From positions 256,001-320,000 of the forward strand of contig CAVXYC010000014.1 in assembly GCA_963765765.1 (NCBI GenBank): a stretch of DNA of 64,000 bases, written 5' to 3'. The position numbers and the translations under genes were made by a program. Shown piece by piece: positions 45,227 to 56,350 of the stretch (position 1 is its first letter; each line of letters begins with the position of its first letter). Under the pieces are notes generated by a model, which saw only the letters and a list, made by a program, of their open reading frames with translations, was not told where the DNA came from and did no database searches. The stretch is from an uncultured Chloroflexia bacterium. GTDB taxonomy: Bacteria; Chloroflexota; UBA6077; JACCZL01.

Positions 45227-45255
45227 GCAGGCTTAGCAGCGCCCGTCGGATACGG

Positions 45256-48117
45256 CTATGCCGTCTCATCAATTACGTATCTGGAGTGCCACGGTCTCTT
45301 CCCATCCGATGGAGCACGTGGCGCAGGCAGCCGATCATCTTGGCTTGCCTCGAGCGGCGTCCCGTCTATGACGAGCGGCATCACGCCCATCTGGCGCGCG
45401 CGCATCACTGCCTGTCGGCGATTAGGCGCGTGAAACTTCTCGCACAAATTGGCGACGTGCTTCTTGACCGTTTCAGGAGAGATACACAGCTCCTGGCCAA
45501 TCTCCTTATTGGTCATATGGCGGCTGAGCAGCTCCAGGACCTCAGATTCACGCCAGGTAAGCTTTCCCAGCACGTCAAGATCGGCCTGATGCCGGCTAGG
45601 GACCACCTGCGAAAGAGGACCCGTCGACGGGCCGCTCTGTTCGAGAATGGATAGGATGAACCCTTGTTCCGCAACTGTGCGACTGCCGGTCAGCTCGGTC
45701 AACAGGGTGGTCACCGGCTCACCGATCTCCACAAATGGGCGTACGATCCGGCCCGGTTGCGCCCGCCTCAGCGCACTCGTAAGGTCCGAGAGAGCGGACT
45801 GGAGATCCGACTGGTAATAGCGAACTACGGACCGTACCACTAACGCCCAGACCAGGTGCGGCACGTCGGCCAGCGATTCGAGCTCGCGGACCAAGTAGTC
45901 AGCCGCCTTAGCGAGCTGGGTCAGGTGGAGCTCATCGGAGCTAACCAGCAGGACTCGTAGGCGCGTTAGTGCGGGGTCCTCGAGATTCAACGAAGGCATA
46001 CTGAGCTCTGAGTCAGCGAGGTCCACTGCTTCGATGGTGGGCTCCGGCCGCTCACCCCGCATCAATGCGAGACGTTGACTGGCCGACTGGATAGCGCCCT
46101 CGGGATCGAAGCCACTGCTCTGCAAGGCTAGCTCCTCGGCGACAGCAATGGTGCCGAGCGCCAAATCATCGCTGCCCTCGGCCTGCTGACACAGCGCCAG
46201 TCCAATCAAACTCTCTCGGAGCACGAGCTCGTGGAGATGGTCGCGATTCACTAACGCAGCCATAAACTGCTCACGCGCCAGGTTGAGCTCATTGCGCATG
46301 TAATGAATGCGTCCCAGAATGTAGTGGCACCAGTCGACCGCGAAGTCGGTCGCCTCCGCGGACGAGCTGGATAGCGCCCAATGCACGGCACGCTCCGCGG
46401 CCTGGAGCTCGCCGCGAAGGAGATGGAGGAGCCCAAGGAGCTGCCCGTAGTCCAGGACCTCGGTACGCGTCGATGATGAGGCGAGACGCTCCGCGAGATA
46501 TTCCGCCGCCAGCTCGCCCCTACCCAGCGATTGAGCGGAAGATAGCCACGCGATGTGGGCCGTCCAGCGCGCTATACGAAAGTGCTCAGGCAGCTCATTT
46601 AAGGCCTGCCACGCACGAGTCCAGGCCTCTTCCTGGCGTCCGGAGCCGGATTTGACCAGTGCGCTCAGTGCGTCCCGCTGGGCGCGCTGATATCGCAGGA
46701 GCGATGATGTAGGCTCGCCCGGCCCGTGCAAAAGAAGCAGATCGATCTGCACGAGGAGCGGGTCTATCGGTCGAAGCTGCATCCTGAGCAGGAATGACCA
46801 ACAGCGCTTAAGGAGTAGGTCCACACGCGTCTGGAACAGGTATGGAGGCAGGGCGTCAAGCGCGGCGTCGATCACCTGCCATCCCTCGTGGTCGAGCAGC
46901 CGGGGGGCTAGCATTTCGACGAAGTCAGCCGCCCGCTCAGGATCACTGGCCAGAACCATGTAGTGAACCGCTTCCTTGAGCATCTCCTGCTGCGCAAACC
47001 ACTCGCCTGCCTTGTGATGAAGTAGCTGGATTCCGGCCTGCCCCCGGTCCGTGTGCAGGACAGACTGAAGCGCTTGACGCAGCAGGGGATGGAATTGGAA
47101 CCAGTCGCCACGGCGATCGAGGCGGACGATGAATAGATTCATGCGGGCGATCTCGTCTACGATCGAATAGCCAGTGCCAGATTTCCGGGCGTCGTCCAGG
47201 GCATCAAAGAGCCGCCCTGAGAATGCCTCGAATACAGACATCTCTAGCAGGAACTCGCGAACTCGCTCAGACTGCTTCGCCAGAACTTCGTCCACCATGA
47301 ACCCGCGAACAAATTGATCGACGCCGTCGAATGCGCGTACGCAGGCCATGCGGTCCGTGGCCCCCACGAGAACCAGCGCTGCCAAGCTCACCCCAGCCGG
47401 CCATCCGTCGGTGCGTTGGATGAGCTCCTCAAGAACGCCCGGCTCCACAGGCGCACCGAGCGCACCAATCAGGAATGCCTGGACTTCACCGCGGCGAAAT
47501 CGGAGCTCTGCCTCGCCGATCTCAGTGATCTCGTCTCGCGCCCGCCATCGGGCTATTGGAAGCCCCGGTTCAGAGCGGGAAAGAAGGACTGTGTGAACGT
47601 ACTCGGGAAGTACGCGCACAAGCCATTCGAGTAGCTGAAGACTTCCCGCGTCGCTGATGAATTCAAGGTCGTCGATCACGACGATGATGGGATCGTGCAC
47701 GTCGCTCAGCTCATGGGCGATCTGCCTGGCGACGTAGGCAGGTTCGACTCGCTCGGCCAGGCCAAGAAATGACAGGACCGACGAGCCAAAACCCGGACGT
47801 TGCGACTGGATGGCTCGAACCAGGGCGCCGGCGAAGCCTCGCGCGTCAGGTTCGGCGGTATCCGCGTTGAGCCAGGCCGCCGGGTAGGCCGCGGTGCGCG
47901 TCCATGCCTGTACGAGCGTCGACTTTCCATAGCCGGCGGGCGCCGTTACTAGGGTAAGTCTCCTGGTTAGTCCTTCATCGAGCCGACCATACAGTCGAGA
48001 TCGGTCGATGAGATGCGTCTCTCCAGTTACGGTTGACAGACCGGGCGCCGTCATGTTGAAGGTTCCCGCCCGACAATGGGCGTACGGATCCGCGAGCGTG
48101 CCAGCTCGCAGCAACAC
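45256..48117 (-). CDS. MalT-like STAND ATPase/LuxR regulator 2 (alternative start 48054)
   Basis: APAGYGKST, IDD, TDGWPAG, WFQFHPL, LTWRE HTH. Confidence 0.92.
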   Translation of the reverse strand: MLLRAGTLADPYAHCRAGTFNMTAPGLSTVTGETHLIDRSRLYGRLDEGLTRRLTLVTAPAGYGKSTLVQAWTRTAAYPAAWLNADTAEPDARGFAGALVRAIQSQRPGFGSSVLSFLGLAERVEPAYVARQIAHELSDVHDPIIVVIDDLEFISDAGSLQLLEWLVRVLPEYVHTVLLSRSEPGLPIARWRARDEITEIGEAELRFRRGEVQAFLIGALGAPVEPGVLEELIQRTDGWPAGVSLAALVLVGATDRMACVRAFDGVDQFVRGFMVDEVLAKQSERVREFLLEMSVFEAFSGRLFDALDDARKSGTGYSIVDEIARMNLFIVRLDRRGDWFQFHPLLRQALQSVLHTDRGQAGIQLLHHKAGEWFAQQEMLKEAVHYMVLASDPERAADFVEMLAPRLLDHEGWQVIDAALDALPPYLFQTRVDLLLKRCWSFLLRMQLRPIDPLLVQIDLLLLHGPGEPTSSLLRYQRAQRDALSALVKSGSGRQEEAWTRAWQALNELPEHFRIARWTAHIAWLSSAQSLGRGELAAEYLAERLASSSTRTEVLDYGQLLGLLHLLRGELQAAERAVHWALSSSSAEATDFAVDWCHYILGRIHYMRNELNLAREQFMAALVNRDHLHELVLRESLIGLALCQQAEGSDDLALGTIAVAEELALQSSGFDPEGAIQSASQRLALMRGERPEPTIEAVDLADSELSMPSLNLEDPALTRLRVLLVSSDELHLTQLAKAADYLVRELESLADVPHLVWALVVRSVVRYYQSDLQSALSDLTSALRRAQPGRIVRPFVEIGEPVTTLLTELTGSRTVAEQGFILSILEQSGPSTGPLSQVVPSRHQADLDVLGKLTWRESEVLELLSRHMTNKEIGQELCISPETVKKHVANLCEKFHAPNRRQAVMRARQMGVMPLVIDGTPLEASQDDRLPAPRAPSDGKRPWHSRYVIDETA

Positions 48118-48241
48118 TCATCGTGCCTTTCTTCAAATGTACGCGAATCCATACCAGTGTTCTCAGATGCGTAGTCCGTACACACAGCATGCTCGTGAGC
48201 TAATGCTCATGTATTAGTACACAGATACCGAACCTTTGCGA

Positions 48242-48286
48242 TGCCCGCAAGTGTCCATCGTAATTGCCGGCAAGTGTCCAACGTAA
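48242..48286. repeat. 22-bp direct repeat (20/22 identical), 23-bp period
   Basis: TGCCCGCAAGTGTCCATCGTAA and TGCCGGCAAGTGTCCAACGTAA. Confidence 0.85.
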
Positions 48287-48670
48287 CAACTGCGACAAAT
48301 CGAGAGATTGCGCTAACCCAGTTGCATCAAGGCCTCTGGCTAAAGCTGCGAGGACGACGTGCGGACTTTCACAAACTCCGCCCCCGCTGGTGGCAGCATC
48401 CCTACGAATCCTGTCAACGAGGACCTGTACGGAAGCGGTCTGAGCCACCGGACAGAAAGTAACCCGTTTCCTACCTGCTGAAGGTAATTCGGACCGCTCG
48501 TTTCGGGCGTATCGTCGTCTCATGATGGAAATGAATGTACGAACGACCGAACACATCATCGCCGCGAAGTTTCCCTCATCGCCGCGGCCACGATTAGCGT
48601 ACCCCGGCGTAGTGCACCCAGCGGGCACGATTGCAGCAGCGGCCTGTATTGCGCCACGGGAAATGAGCCT

Positions 48671-49561
48671 GTGAGACAGACCCGCTCTGCTCCCCCCAAA
48701 AGCGGGCCCTTAGTAGACAACGAGATGGTCATGATCTCGGGCGGCCAATTCGTCATGGGCAGTGCGGAACCAGATGCATACCTGGCAGACGGCGAAAGCC
48801 CGATCCGCCCCGTCACGGTCTCTAGCTTCTGGCTAGACCGGTTAGCCGTGTCGAATCATGCGTTTGAAGAGTTCGTAAAGAAGGCGGACTATCTGACGGA
48901 TGCGGAGAGGTATGGCTGGTCGTATGTTTTTGCCGGCCTACTGGCCGGGGCGTCGTTCGATGCCGAGTCATCGTCGATTGCGCCGTGGTGGCTGCGCGTC
49001 CCTGGCGCCGACTGGCGCCATCCAGAGGGACCCGGATCCGATATACGCGGGCGGCTCAGTCATCCCGCCGTACATGTAACCTGGCAAGATGCGATGGCCT
49101 ATTGCCGATGGGCAAAGAAAAGGCTGCCTACCGAGGCAGAGTGGGAGTACGCGGCACGAGGGGGTCTGGAACAGATGCGCTTTCCGTGGGGCGACGACCT
49201 CGAGCCGGACGGAGAGCACCGCATGAACGTGTGGCAGGGTCGGTTTCCGTCACTCAACACAATGGAGGATGGGTATTACGGAACTGCTCCCGTTGATGCG
49301 TTTCCGCCCAACGCCTTCGGCTTGTTCAACATGACGGGCAACGTCTGGGAATGGTGCGCAGACTGGTTTCAGACAGCATTCTCCCCGGCGCCCTGCCGAA
49401 ATCCGAAAGGTCCCCGCGACGGGACACATCGGGTCATGCGTGGCGGGTCCTACCTCTGCCATGCCTCGTTTTCTCATCGTTACCGCGTGTCGGCCCGCAG
49501 CGGAGTCACGCCGGAGACTTCCACGGGCAGCCTGGGATTTCGTTGTGCGTGGCACGCGTGA
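48671..49561 (+). CDS. Formylglycine-generating enzyme (SUMF1) family protein
   Basis: F.MGS, HPEGP, RLPTEAEWEYAARGG, NAFGL.NM.GNVWEW, RGGSYLC, GFRC. Confidence 0.92.
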   Translation: MRQTRSAPPKSGPLVDNEMVMISGGQFVMGSAEPDAYLADGESPIRPVTVSSFWLDRLAVSNHAFEEFVKKADYLTDAERYGWSYVFAGLLAGASFDAESSSIAPWWLRVPGADWRHPEGPGSDIRGRLSHPAVHVTWQDAMAYCRWAKKRLPTEAEWEYAARGGLEQMRFPWGDDLEPDGEHRMNVWQGRFPSLNTMEDGYYGTAPVDAFPPNAFGLFNMTGNVWEWCADWFQTAFSPAPCRNPKGPRDGTHRVMRGGSYLCHASFSHRYRVSARSGVTPETSTGSLGFRCAWHA

Positions 49562-50562
49562 CTCTCATCCCGTATAGAAGATGCTCGCCTCTGAAGCCTA
49601 CGCCGAGCGTCCTTGCCGCGCAGCTCGACGATCGAGGTAGTCCGTAGGTCCCCGGCATGAGTCTTTGGACAACTGAGCAGTCGTGTTACACAGCGCCATC
49701 GCTCGTGTGGTGGAATGTAAAGCCACCTTGAAACCAAGATTCAGTACAACCCTGCCCGGAGGGGTACGTGCCCGCGGAGTATCCGACGTCTTTGACGGCT
49801 GGCGAAGGTGCAAGGATAGGTTGTCATCGCGCAGCCGAGGCAATCCCACCGCCCGAGCGTCTGTGCCGCCTCATCGCTGCGACCTGCGTGACACGGAGCC
49901 CCGCCTCGTCAAGAATCGCCCGGGCTTGTCGGAACCGCGCGTCAAGCGCCAACGAATCGAGCGCGGCCAGGGAATCCTCGCCATGCCGCCGGGTTCCCGC
50001 CCGCGGTCCGACCGCGGGGCAATGGTGGACTCGATCCAATTGACAGGTTGTGCAAGGACGCGCTCGTAGCAAATCTCAAACATCATGAGCACCCAACATG
50101 TACATGGGGAGTACAAAAATGTACATGGCGAGTGCGAATATAACGAGTACTATGGTCCTACTATGACCGCGTGCTCGTGCGAGTCGGGGCGACCTGGCAA
50201 CCATGGTGACATCTCCGTTGCCGATGCCTCCAGCTCATCGACGGTCCCGGTCGGTGAGAAACACCGCCGACGAAACATCAAGCTGCGTCGTCGCGCGATA
50301 TATCGCCCGATGTGGGGCAAAAACGGGGTATGTTGCCCCGAGCCCACAAGTCCGATTTCCCGGATATGCTTATGTCAAGGTAAGAGATCGGCGATTGGTG
50401 CGTAGTGACACTACCCAAAACTACGCAATTACCCGAAACTACCCACTATAGGGCACCTCATCTGAGCGAGATCCAAGCGAAAATTCTAGAGTCGCAATAT
50501 CAGGCAGCGCGTCTCGCTCGGAGATGCCGTTGAGCGGCCAGGACATCCGTGAGGAGCATGGC

Positions 50563-53316
50563 ATGGCGCTAGAGGCGATTCCGACAATTAGGAGAGAACC
50601 CCCTAGCCGTCCGGGCTCGCGATTCTCATGCCCACGGGCACCGATCGACCTTGTCGTCCGCCCACGTCTCCTTACGCAGCTAGATCGCGGGCTTTCGGGC
50701 AAGCTTATTCTGGTCTCAGCTCCGGTCGGATCCGGGAAGACCACTCTGGTCAGCTCATGGTTGGCGACGCATGAAGCTGTGGCCTGGATTGCCCTGGAGC
50801 ATCGCGATGACAGCCTTCACGAATTCATATGCAGGCTGTTTGCCGCACTCCTAACCGTCATTCCGAGAGAAGGCGACCCTACAATCGGATCGCTCTATCG
50901 CGGAGATGACTCTTCTCAGGATCACCTCGCTCTCGCTCTATCAGACGAGCTGGCCAATCCGGGTCGCGACGTGGTTATCGTGCTTGACGACTTTCATGTG
51001 ATTCAGGCGCCTGAGGTGCATGCATTTCTGGCTGATCTCATAAAACACTTGCCGCCTCAGGTCCACCTGGTCGTTTTATCTCGCACCGACCCACCACTGC
51101 CGATTGGCCGACTTCGGGCCCAGGATGACCTGGTCGAGATTCGATATCCGCAGCTCGCATTTACGAGAGACGAACAACGCGAATTTTTGTCTCTGGCATT
51201 CGGTGTAGCCCCGAGTGTCGAGGCTGTGACGGCAATCGATCAACGCATGGAGGGCTGGGTCACTGGACTCCGACTCCATGTCCTGGCGCAATCGCAGGGG
51301 CCGCAAGCCGAGGGGCCGCCGCAAGCCCAGGTGTCGACAGCATTCAATGAACCTCTGTATGCACGCGAGTTTCTGATCAACGAAGTGCTTGCGGCGCAAG
51401 CCGCCGACGTTCAGGCCGTTCTGCTTCGAGCTTCAGTGCCGAGCCAGATCTGCGGACCGCTACTGGATGCGCTGTGCGGCGATGTAGCCGTTTTGGATGA
51501 AGGAATCGATCGGCTCGAGACCGTCGTTCGCGCGAACGTCTTTCTTTTCCCGGCCGATGGAGGCGGAACCTGGTATCGATTTCATCCTCTTTTCCGAGAA
51601 GCGCTAATTCACAAGCTGAAGTCAGACTCAAGCGCCGCTACACTTGCCGACTTACATTTACGGGCCAGTGAATGGCTTGTAGCTCACGGTCGTGTTGAAG
51701 AAGGTATTGACCACGCGCTGGAGGCGGGAGATCCTGAACGAGCGGCTGTTCTGTTGGAAGAGACTGACCATTCCGTGGTGCTTGGCGGAGAAAGTGCAGC
51801 ACTCCTCGCTCGATCGTTGCACAAACTGCCCTGGAGTTTGATCGTCGCGCGTCCGGCACTCCTGATGATTCAGATCTGGGTGCATCTATTGCGGTGGCGT
51901 CTGGACGACGTACCGCCTCTACTGCATATCGTTGAACGGCTTCTGGAATCGACAAGCCTCGATAAAGAGAGCCAAGAACTGCGCATGCTTCGCGCGGAGC
52001 TCAGCTGTCAGTGGAGCTGGCTATTCAACGCTTGCCACGATCATGAGAACGCGCTTGCCGCCGCTGAACAGGCGCTGGAGTATGCTCCCGCGGGCTGGTC
52101 CTTCGTGCGCCGCCGCGCCGAAGTCGCGCGCGCGTTCGCATTGCAGATGCTCGGACGAACGGATGAAGCGATCACATGGCTGAATGCGCTGTACGAGGAG
52201 GACACGCTTGTGGGCGCTCCACGACTGACGTCCTCACTCTACGCTCTGGCGCGGATCTATGTAAATCTGCTGCAGCTCGAGAACGCTGAAATAATTGCCC
52301 GTAGACTCCTGGCTCACGGTAGCGACTCCCATCAAGCCTCTCCAACAGCGTGGGGCCATTTTTACCTTGGACTGCTGTGCTACGAGCAGAACGATCTTCT
52401 AGGGGCGAGGGAGCATCTCCGTGCAGCGTTGGCATGGCGTGATGCGCTGAAGCTCAGTGGAATCGTTGATGCCACGATGGCGCTGGCATTGACCGACCAT
52501 GCCCTTGGTGATCCAGAGGAAGCCATTGTCGCGCTAGACGAGCTGTCAGATCTGCTCGAAGAGATCAGCTCCTGGAATTTTCTAGCACATGTCCAGGGTC
52601 TCCGCGCTCGAATCGATCTGGAGCAGGGGGATCTCGAAGCCGCTTCGAATACGCTCAAGCGAATCGGGAGTGTACGCGGAACTGGGGCCTCGTTCGTAGA
52701 GGAACCGCGGGTCACGAGAATTCGGTGTCTCCTTCTGCACGATACGCCTGCGTCAATCGTTGAGGCCGAAGCGTTGCTGCAAGATCTCGCGTCCAGTGGT
52801 GGCGTCGGTCCTCATCCCCGGAATCGACTCCGAGCGGACCTTCTGCGCGCACTGGTGCTCGAGGCTCGTTCGGACAGTTCCGGCGCATTGATAGTTCTCG
52901 AGGATGCCGTGGAACGTGCCCGTCCAGCCGGCCTGGTGCGGAGTTTCGTTGATTTTGGCCCACCGATGCTCGAGCTTTTGACCAAACTAGCTCGACGCAA
53001 GCAATCGGCCGACCCATTCATCGAACGTCTCACTGACGCCTTCCCCCAAACTGCACCCCGACCGATCGGCCCATTGCCACACGGTACAGGTCAAGACCTG
53101 GCTCTCGAGCTTGTCGAGCCGCTCACCTGGCGAGAGCTCGACATCCTCGAGCTCATTGCTCACCGCCTCTCGAACAAGGAGATCGCGACCAAGTTAACCA
53201 TCTCGCCCCTCACGGTGAAGCGGCACTCGATCAATATCTACCAGAAGCTTCAGGTGGGCGGAAGACGAGAAGCGGTGGAAAAAGCCACGGATTTGGGGCT
53301 CCTGGGTCCCACCTGA
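50563..53316 (+). CDS. MalT-like STAND ATPase/LuxR regulator 3
   Basis: APVGSGKTT, LDDFH, EGWVTGL, WYRFHPLF, EPLTWRE HTH. Confidence 0.93.
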   Translation: MALEAIPTIRREPPSRPGSRFSCPRAPIDLVVRPRLLTQLDRGLSGKLILVSAPVGSGKTTLVSSWLATHEAVAWIALEHRDDSLHEFICRLFAALLTVIPREGDPTIGSLYRGDDSSQDHLALALSDELANPGRDVVIVLDDFHVIQAPEVHAFLADLIKHLPPQVHLVVLSRTDPPLPIGRLRAQDDLVEIRYPQLAFTRDEQREFLSLAFGVAPSVEAVTAIDQRMEGWVTGLRLHVLAQSQGPQAEGPPQAQVSTAFNEPLYAREFLINEVLAAQAADVQAVLLRASVPSQICGPLLDALCGDVAVLDEGIDRLETVVRANVFLFPADGGGTWYRFHPLFREALIHKLKSDSSAATLADLHLRASEWLVAHGRVEEGIDHALEAGDPERAAVLLEETDHSVVLGGESAALLARSLHKLPWSLIVARPALLMIQIWVHLLRWRLDDVPPLLHIVERLLESTSLDKESQELRMLRAELSCQWSWLFNACHDHENALAAAEQALEYAPAGWSFVRRRAEVARAFALQMLGRTDEAITWLNALYEEDTLVGAPRLTSSLYALARIYVNLLQLENAEIIARRLLAHGSDSHQASPTAWGHFYLGLLCYEQNDLLGAREHLRAALAWRDALKLSGIVDATMALALTDHALGDPEEAIVALDELSDLLEEISSWNFLAHVQGLRARIDLEQGDLEAASNTLKRIGSVRGTGASFVEEPRVTRIRCLLLHDTPASIVEAEALLQDLASSGGVGPHPRNRLRADLLRALVLEARSDSSGALIVLEDAVERARPAGLVRSFVDFGPPMLELLTKLARRKQSADPFIERLTDAFPQTAPRPIGPLPHGTGQDLALELVEPLTWRELDILELIAHRLSNKEIATKLTISPLTVKRHSINIYQKLQVGGRREAVEKATDLGLLGPT

Positions 53317-53402
53317 TCTGCTCAGACTCCTGCCAGCGTCCCTGGCAAGAGTGGGCGGAGAAGCGCAATACGGTATTGGGTCGAGACGCGTGTCTGCCCA
53401 GC

Positions 53403-53652
53403 TCAATTTTCGCGCGACCGGTGGCGGAAGCGAACCCATCGGAACATCGCGTCGTCACCACGCCCGCAAGGTGATCCGGCCGCCGCGTAGGCAATCCGAA
53501 GACGGATCATGACGGGCGTGGCCGCCCGCCGCAGCGCTCCCATTGCCTCATCGGTCGGATCAGAGTCGAAGGCCTCCACTGCAATTCTGAAACGTGCCAA
53601 CGAGGGCCAGATCGGCAGGTTCGAAACCGGCTCGGTATGAGGAATTGGTCAT
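53403..53652 (-). CDS. Small hypothetical protein, probable frameshift near 53605
   Basis: AGGAG RBS before ATG 53652; helical C-terminal ORF ...LRIAYAAAGSPCG..D.AMFRW. Confidence 0.4.
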
Positions 53653-54174
53653 GGTCTCCTGTCCGCGTCCCTCGGAGCTGCTGGAGCTCATATCGGCGTC
53701 TCCTCTGAGTCCACTATCAGAAACGATGAGTAGCGCCTATTCTCGTCCGTTCATATTCAGGACCGGATAAACAACAGGACCGCATAAACGACGCTTGCCG
53801 TCGCGCTTCAATCAATCGGGCGGAGCCGCCCTCCCCGTGTGCGTTTCCAGCGCCTCGTCCTTGGGGCGGGCTCGAGATTGGGCTCTGTTCACAGATACGC
53901 TGGCGAGCCACTCTCTTACAGGCTATGGCAGGAAAGTCAGCCGTTGGGTAACTGATTGACACAATCCGGCAGGTACAGACGTCACAAGTCTGCCGCTGTT
54001 GACACCGAGCCAGCCCACCCTAGCATTCGCTGACGAGCGTGATCTCATTGGACGTGATTGTTACACGGGCCAATGGTGCCGCTTGGTACTGGGCCCCACG
54101 GGGCGCCGCATCACAGCATGAGCGTTAAGCGGGTGCCTCCGTGTGCGAGTCACCCAGAATTCGGAGGTGTGGGC

Positions 54175-54648
54175 GTGAATTCCTGGGTGAACTCCGCCGG
54201 GGAACGACCCCTTGCGGTCGTATTGGATGAGAATCCGTCTCTTCAATATTTCATGCGAGAGGCGCTCACCTGGCTCGAAGGATTCGCAATCGAGATTGCA
54301 TGCCCATGCGCGGCCGCGGTAGATCTCGTGCGCGTTACCCGACCCGACATAGTCATCATCGATCCGACAATTGGCTCGGTCCGCATCGATTGGAATCTTG
54401 TCGCGATGCTCAGGCAATGCCCCGAAACACAGTCGATCCCCATCGTCGTCTATCTCACTACTGCCAGCGATCCAGTCGTCGTCTCGGCTGCCAGCCAGTA
54501 CGGGGTCTTCTTACTTCAAAAACCGTTCGAGCTAGACGCCTTGATTGACGTCATCCACCAGGCGTTACGACCACGACCTACGTCAGGGCATCACGAGAAA
54601 GCTTTGAAAAGTGACGTACTGTGTCAATCATTGATGAGCAGCGATTGA
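54175..54648 (+). CDS. Receiver-domain protein
   Basis: VVLDEN, RPDIVIID, IPIVV, KPFELD; GGAGG RBS. Confidence 0.8.
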   Translation: MNSWVNSAGERPLAVVLDENPSLQYFMREALTWLEGFAIEIACPCAAAVDLVRVTRPDIVIIDPTIGSVRIDWNLVAMLRQCPETQSIPIVVYLTTASDPVVVSAASQYGVFLLQKPFELDALIDVIHQALRPRPTSGHHEKALKSDVLCQSLMSSD

Positions 54649-54888
54649 TCGACGTCGGGCCGACCTGGCGGGCCTCCTGCAGGGCCGAATGTCACAAAAC
54701 GGCGCGCAAGCTGATGGCAGGTAACGAACGACACAAATTTGAGGTTGTTCATCACGGGTTGGTGGTATCAGACGGCATCAGGGCCAAGGTCAGACTGGCT
54801 GTACCTTGGTGATTAGCGAGTGACATCAGAGTTCTCCTGGGCGGCTGAATGTGTCATACAGGAGAACAGATTTCTCAAGGGGGCTGAA

Positions 54889-55491
54889 ATGGCCGCGGCA
54901 CCTGTTGTAGAAGACCGGACGCTTCCCTGGTGGGTAGTCCTCTGCGAAGGTATTGCAGCCATTGTGGTCGGCGTTTTGCTGCTGGCCGCGCCCGACGCTA
55001 CCCTGGAGCTCGTCATCCAGGTTTTTGGCCTCTTCTGGCTGGTGGGCGGGATTCTCAGAGTCGTCAGCGCCTTCACCGATCCGGTGGATCGAGCGGTCAA
55101 ATTGGAAGCCGGCGTCGTAGGCATTCTGGGCGGAATCGCCGTCATGCTGCGGCCTCTCTGGCTCGCAAACCTCCTCACCTGGACGTTGGTAGTGGTCCTG
55201 GGGTCGGTGGGCCTGATCATCGGCGCTATCTCTCTCTACCACGCCTTCCATGAAGGAGGATGGGGCGCCGGGGCGGTCGGCGTTATAAGCTTGCTGTTTG
55301 GCGTAGCGCTGCTATTGAATCCGTTGATCAATGAGGTCGCCTGGGTCTCCTTCTACGGGTGGATCGCTCTCATTTGCGGCATCGTCGCGGTGGTCATCTC
55401 ATTCGCCATGCGTCGTGATTCCCCTCCCAGGAGATCTGCACGTAGCTCCGTGCCCGTGGCCGGTACAGAATCTCACGGCAGTACCGTCTGA
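54889..55491 (+). CDS. HdeD/DUF308-like membrane protein
   Basis: WWVVLCEGIAAIVVGVLLLAAP and repeated G...LL.P hairpins. Confidence 0.82.
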   Translation: MAAAPVVEDRTLPWWVVLCEGIAAIVVGVLLLAAPDATLELVIQVFGLFWLVGGILRVVSAFTDPVDRAVKLEAGVVGILGGIAVMLRPLWLANLLTWTLVVVLGSVGLIIGAISLYHAFHEGGWGAGAVGVISLLFGVALLLNPLINEVAWVSFYGWIALICGIVAVVISFAMRRDSPPRRSARSSVPVAGTESHGSTV

Positions 55492-55587
55492 CATGAGTGC
55501 CGTGGCGCCGCACCGCATCCTCCAGGAGCTCTCTCGAGTGGCCCGCTCGGTTGAAACAAGGGCGAACGAAATGCCGTGGAGGTTGCC

Positions 55588-56248
55588 ATGACCGAAGATA
55601 TGCACACCGATGTCCTGGTCACACCGGACGAGGTTGAGATTCAGGTCGTAGGCGTCGGACGCCGCCTCGTGGCGATGGCTCTTGACGCGGTCTTTGTGGC
55701 ATTCCTTTCAATGATCGGTGCAGCTCTCGCTGGCATGGCTGGGCTTGTGCTGTCGTCACTGAATTCCAGTGACGCGGAGGCCGTGTCCAATCGGTTCATT
55801 ATTGCTTTTGGCTTGACGATCTCAGTGATCTATTTCATTGGATGCTGGGCCAGTGGAGGTCAGACGCTTGGCGATTACGCGGCCTACGATCCGGGTCGTG
55901 AGTAACGATGGATCCCGCGTCTCATGGGGGAAGGCGACGATGCGTTTCATTGGCTACATCGTAAGCGCAATTCCCATGTCAATCGGATTCCTATGGATCG
56001 CTTTCGATAGCCATCGCCAGGGATGGCACGACAAGATTGCCCACACGTATGTCATTCCGTCAGATCAGCAGTTCTCGCCGGGGGAAGCAGTGAGATTCAC
56101 ACCCACCGACCCGGAGCGTAGCTGGATCTGGATTGCCATCTGGGGCGTGTTGGCCTTCGTTGCTCCGGGTGTCTTAATCGCCGCGAGTGTGTGGGTACTT
56201 GGACCGTTTATGAACCATCTCATTCGATCCCTCGCCGGCGTAACGTGA
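55588..56248 (+). CDS. RDD-family membrane protein, frameshift near 55885
   Basis: RRLVAMALD, GQTLG, IRVV, RQGWHDKIAHTYV. Confidence 0.85.
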
Positions 56249-56350
56249 TTTCACGCCACGTATTGAGCTGGTGCGGGCCAGAATCGTTTCAATCCCGCGG
56301 CGATCTCATCTCGAGAACGACTGTTCTCAGAAACCAAGGAGAAAAGTCTG

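Noticed and set aside
43534-45654. Long plus-strand ORFs (302 and 228 aa) and similar antisense ORFs elsewhere
   Set aside because: Shadow frames of real genes, expected at high GC
49600-50300. Short ORFs and an ATGTACATGG repeat near 50098-50130
   Set aside because: Looks like a decayed minus-strand membrane-protein gene (VLVIFALAMYIFVLPMYMLG); no confident family assignment
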